A stretch of 64,000 bases of DNA from contig NC_042998.1 in assembly GCF_006345805.1 (NCBI RefSeq), positions 183,210,001-183,274,000 of the forward strand, given 5' to 3'. The DNA is from Octopus sinensis (taxonomy: Eukaryota). The position numbers and the translations under genes are program-made. The notes beneath the pieces were generated by a model that made no database searches, was not told the DNA's origin, and was given only the letters and a program-made list of their open reading frames with translations. Below are positions 59,561 to 64,000 of the stretch, one piece after another. Numbering within the stretch: the first letter of the stretch is position 1; the number at the start of each line of letters is the position of its first letter.

Positions 59561-61411
59561 ATGGCATTATTCAGGTTTCTCATGGTTAATTTGAACCGAA
59601 CGCCATTGCAAGTTTTCAGGACAGTAAATCGCTATTATTCTAGGAAATATACCTTATGGCATTCTGTTGTACCTTGCTTTACAAAAGTGAAATCCGTTTA
59701 TCTTCACCCGTGCCGTTTTGTCGGTTATTCTTCTCTTGCAATTGGATGCGTTGCATTTTGCGCGGGTAATCTTTCGAATGGCAACGAGGGACTATTAAAT
59801 TCCATAAAGATATTTGACACCTCAGGAATTGAAGCAGCAATAAAATCTGGTGTGGATGTTAACCAAAGACACGTTCTTGGGTGGACACCACTTCAGTTAG
59901 CTGTTATTAACCGAAATTCAGCTGCAATTTCGATGCTTCTGAAGGCTGGTGCCGATGTACAGCTGGGAGATGAATATAGTAACTCTTTGAAGATTGCCCG
60001 AGAAAAAAGAATGAATTCACTCCAAGTTCTTTTAACGAGAGAAGAAGAATTCTTTGATCGACTTAGCAACCGTGCGAATTTCAAAGGTTGTACAGCCCTT
60101 CATTATGCTGTGCTTATTGATGATTTAAATATTGTGGCACAGTTGTTAAATGCTGGGGCTAATCCTTCAGCTGAAAACGAACTGGGTCACAAACCATATG
60201 ATTACGCTCGAACACAGAATATGAAAAAAACTTTAATTGACAGTGAGAAAAAATTCAAAGAAATGCAAGCAAAGAAAGAGCTGGAAGGTAGACGCAAATA
60301 TCCTCTTGAACAAAGACTTAAAGAACATATCATTGGACAAGAAGGCGCTATCAATAATGTTGCTGCTGCTATTCGGAGAAAAGAGAATGGGTGGTATGAC
60401 GAAGACCATCCACTGGTATTTCTTTTTCTTGGTTCATCTGGTATAGGTAAGACGGAACTTGCTAAACAAGTGGCGAAATACCTCCATAAGGATGTTAAAA
60501 AAGGTTTTGTCCGCATTGATATGTCCGAGTATCAAGAAAAACATGAAGTCGCAAAATTTATAGGTTCACCTCCTGGTTATGTTGGTCATGAAGAAGGTGG
60601 TCAGTTGACTAAGAAATTGACAGATTATCCGAATGCTGTGGTTTTGTTTGATGAAGTGGACAAAGCTCATCCAGATATACTTACCATTATGTTACAATTA
60701 TTTGACGAAGGTCGATTGACTGACGGCAAAGGCAAAACAATTGAATGCAAAGATGCTCTGTTTATCATGACATCTAATTTAGCTAATGATGAAATAGCAA
60801 ACCATGCCATTCAGTTACGCGAAGAAGCTGCAGAAGTGTCAAAACTGAAGCATTCTGACTCTTTAGAAGATATAAAAGTATCAGATGTTGTTATTTCAAA
60901 AAAATTCAAAGATCACGTTGTACAGCCAATTCTCAAACATCATTTTAGAAGAGATGAATTTTTAGGTAGGATAAATGAAATTGTTTACTTTTTGCCATTT
61001 TCTCCTGCAGAACTCAGCAAACTAGTTGTTAAAGAACTGAAATTTTGGGCTGATCGTGCAAAATCAAAGCATTGTATTGAGCTTACTTGGGATCATTTAG
61101 TGGTTGATATACTGACTAGTGGCTACAACGTTAACTATGGAGCTAGATCTATCAAGCATGAAGTTGAAAGACTTGTTGTATCTCAGCTAGCCCTAGCACA
61201 TGAACGGGAGCTCATCAATAAAGGTTGTACAATTAGACTGTGTGTTACTAATGTTGATGATTTACTTAAAACAGAAGATGGAAAAGAGAAAGCTTCAACT
61301 GAAAAAACAATAAAAATACAAATTTTGGATAAGGGAAAGTCAAATAAGTATATAGACTTAAAGTTTGGCAATGAAAACAATCCATTTAATTTATTACCTG
61401 GAGATAATTGA
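59561..61411 (+). CDS. CLPB: Mitochondrial disaggregase CLPB/Skd3 (ankyrin repeats plus AAA+ ATPase), uninterrupted ORF, 616 aa
   Basis: Arg-rich, acid-poor N-terminus (presequence-like), then a hydrophobic stretch ending VAFC. Ankyrin motifs GWTPLQLA and GCTALHYA, Walker A GSSGIGKT, pore loop GYVG, Walker B VVLFDEVD, sensor-2 GAR. The first ATG is at 59561; the ORF track starts at a TTG at 59555. Confidence 0.95.
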   Translation: MALFRFLMVNLNRTPLQVFRTVNRYYSRKYTLWHSVVPCFTKVKSVYLHPCRFVGYSSLAIGCVAFCAGNLSNGNEGLLNSIKIFDTSGIEAAIKSGVDVNQRHVLGWTPLQLAVINRNSAAISMLLKAGADVQLGDEYSNSLKIAREKRMNSLQVLLTREEEFFDRLSNRANFKGCTALHYAVLIDDLNIVAQLLNAGANPSAENELGHKPYDYARTQNMKKTLIDSEKKFKEMQAKKELEGRRKYPLEQRLKEHIIGQEGAINNVAAAIRRKENGWYDEDHPLVFLFLGSSGIGKTELAKQVAKYLHKDVKKGFVRIDMSEYQEKHEVAKFIGSPPGYVGHEEGGQLTKKLTDYPNAVVLFDEVDKAHPDILTIMLQLFDEGRLTDGKGKTIECKDALFIMTSNLANDEIANHAIQLREEAAEVSKLKHSDSLEDIKVSDVVISKKFKDHVVQPILKHHFRRDEFLGRINEIVYFLPFSPAELSKLVVKELKFWADRAKSKHCIELTWDHLVVDILTSGYNVNYGARSIKHEVERLVVSQLALAHERELINKGCTIRLCVTNVDDLLKTEDGKEKASTEKTIKIQILDKGKSNKYIDLKFGNENNPFNLLPGDN

Positions 61412-61518
61412 AGCGCTTGTATGTTTTCCTAGCATCTTAGAATTAATTATATATTTTGTTTGCATTCATATCAAGAACAGAAATAATTAACAGAATATTT
61501 TTTGAAACTGATAAATGT

Positions 61519-61639
61519 AATAAACAATATTTGCTGCAAAACAGCTACATCATTTTTGTTTGTCATTTTATCAGCAGATTTAGGCCAACCATTCCAACTC
61601 TAGATTTTATTGGTTTATTTGAAACCTATTGTGAATAAA
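61519..61639 (+). terminator. Candidate CLPB polyadenylation signals
   Basis: AATAAA at 61519-61524 and 61634-61639, downstream of the stop codon. Confidence 0.4.
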
Positions 61640-61784
61640 ATTGAATTCTATATATATACACATACATACACGTTATGATTGTCTATTCTCTTCAAAATTT
61701 TTTTGTACTTAAACTAAGTTCATATTCTTTCTCTTTGATTAAAACGTTTTTTGCAAATAGTACTTCAATGAAAAATTGTTTCAA

Positions 61785-61827
<43 letters not shown>

Positions 61828-63444
61828 TATACATACATACACACACACACACATGTGCATGAGCACACATACACACACAAATTTTCATTAGCTTCTTTTT
61901 TTTTCTGTCTTTCAAATCCTAAATAGTTGTCTCTTTTCTTTTCTCAAAATACTTTGATGATATCCTACACCAATAAGAAAACAAAAGGACAAATCAGAAT
62001 AAGTCTGTTAAGGTTTATAGGAAAGAGAGAAAAGTTACTTATTTGTCTTAAACTGGAAGAGTCCAACATAAGAATCTGTATGTGCATGTCCGTATGTAAT
62101 TTGTTGGTTATATGTTGAGGTATGTGCTTGCCCTTTACAAGTATGAATTTAATACATCAGCATCTGATACTTTGTTAATTACTGAAATATGAAAACTTAG
62201 CATCTAATTCATTTATGAAGATTTTTGTTTTTTTTTAAACTTTCTTCCTTCCTTCTCAATTTTTCATTTCTCTTAAATCTCCCTTTCTTTATTATTTGTA
62301 CTTGTGGTTAAGCTACAGGACTGCCATTGCTTATGTTGTTACTTCCTGATCTGCCACAAGCATTTATTTGTTACACACCTCTGCGAGATTTTTTTTTTTT
62401 TTTCTCATAAGAGAGTCCCAACCAAGAAAGAAGCCACTTAGTGTAAGAGACTATGAAGAGAAACTAAGATGAAAGAAATGAGTTTACTTTAGACTTGAAG
62501 TAGTTCATGCCATAAGGAGGGAAACATTGAGATGGAAGAGAGTTCTAAAGTCTGGCAGTATGAGGGGGGGAAAAGCTATGACAATAGAAAGAATTCTTTA
62601 TTGGTGGAAACACAACTGCATTTTGATGAAGACTCTGTGAGTTTTGGGTCAGGCAAGATGGCACAAAGTGATCTGGAACTAAGAGAGGAAGTTCATCAGA
62701 GGTCTTCCTGTAGCAATAATGATAGAACAAAACTAAGACTGGTGATGTCATATTGATGTGACAAGGGTTGCAGAATCGAACCCATTCAAGGAGATCCAAG
62801 TGTCAAGATGGTGCACCTGCCCAAATATGATAACAATATTCCATACAAGGATGAATTGATGACTTGTAAAGATGTGCCTCTTGCTTCAGACTATGTTGAT
62901 AGTTCCTTCTAGGAAATCTTTTTAAAATTTTGCGTTTCCCCTGCTTATCACTTTAATTTAAACTGAACACTTTCAAATTCCGATTGATGAAAAGATGAGG
63001 AGTTTAATTTGATTTGTCTATTTTTATTACTTGATTCATAATTCAGGCTCTCAGCATTACATAAAAGTTTATTTTCCTTTACATGTGTCAGCTGAACAGG
63101 CATAAATATAACATTTTTCCATATGCACTAATTCTGCTGCATTTTATATGTGATCCCCAACTGAATGACCTCACACTCTCTCCAAATAAGCAAGTTTCTA
63201 CCTGATCACTCAACCTGCTAGAAATCTTCCTTTCACACCAACTTCAATGTCTTATAAAAGGACCGATTAGATAATGCTATCTTTGACATAGGAACTGGGA
63301 TATGATCATGGTTGGAATGTCTTTCATCATATGTGTGCTCTAACATGTCTCCTAGGGCTAAATAACAACATATTTTACCTACCCATATGTCATATCCCCA
63401 GAACCTGCCATATGTATGTATGAGTGAAATATAAAAAGTACCCA

Positions 63445-63598
63445 CTACACTCTGTAAAGTGGTTGGTGTCGGAAAGGGCATCCAGCCATAGAAACCATGC
63501 CAAATCAGATTGAAACCTGTTGTAGCTTACCAGTTTTCAGTCAAACCATCCGACCCCTGCCAGTATGGAAAACAGACATTAAATTGTGATGATGATGA
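63445..63598 (+). mobile_element. Old RTE 3'-tail copy
   Basis: Diverged tail ending GATGATGATG. Confidence 0.65.
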
Positions 63599-64000
63599 AA
63601 TACTGGGGTTAATATGATCAGCTAAAACCCTGGAAGCAGAGCCGTAGTAAGATGGCTGACACCAATAAAGAAATAAAAAAAATATTCATGCAATTGCTTT
63701 TTTGGTACCCATCCACTAATATCTTTGATAACCAGTCAATTTCTCTGCTCAAATGACCAAGGCTGGTTTTGAACTTAGGATGTGAGTAAATGCTGTAAAC
63801 AACTCAAACAATTCTGTCATCACTAATTAATAATGATAATTTATTACAATTGATATGTTTAATGTATTATAATTTAATTTTTACTTATGTATTTTTCTCT
63901 CTTTGAATATGCTGTAGAATATTTATTTTTAGATTTTTTTTTTTTTTCCGAGACATCTGGAGCAAATATCTTTTATAAATGAATGTCCTTCCTATCACTT

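Noticed and set aside
62420-62910. Purine-rich, coding-like segment containing QDGAPAQ
   Set aside because: Multiple stops in all frames. It could be a decayed Tc1/mariner or LINE, but it is too degraded to assign by eye.

Overview
AT-rich, repeat-dense animal genomic DNA. The SINE, RTE-tail and MITE families look like coleoid cephalopod (Octopus) DNA; this is my inference. Three protein-coding genes can be assembled by hand. (1) The last five coding exons of ARL13B on + (1145-13643; the GTPase-domain exons lie upstream of the window). (2) A complete 25-coding-exon WDR3/UTP12/DIP2 gene on - (56012 to 15849; 2703 nt, 900 aa, every intron GT-AG, frame continuous). (3) An uninterrupted mitochondrial CLPB/Skd3 ORF (ankyrin repeats plus AAA+) on + (59561-61411), head-to-head with WDR3. 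Introns are filled with three tRNA-derived SINE families, 5'-truncated RTE LINEs and their (GAT)n-tailed 3' ends, non-autonomous Helitron-like elements, TTAA-flanked piggyBac-like MITEs, one hAT MITE with an 8-bp TSD, a foldback element and microsatellites. Nearly all other ORF-track ORFs are repeat artefacts. The most unusual items are: a Helitron-associated 22-bp array of GCGCATGCGC (NRF1-type) palindromes that flips orientation at one end; the intronless CLPB coding region; a SINE-derived 7 x 78-bp array that is open on both strands; paired extended E-boxes between WDR3 and CLPB; and inverted repeat pairs bracketing WDR3 exons. I found no clear new multi-gene system.
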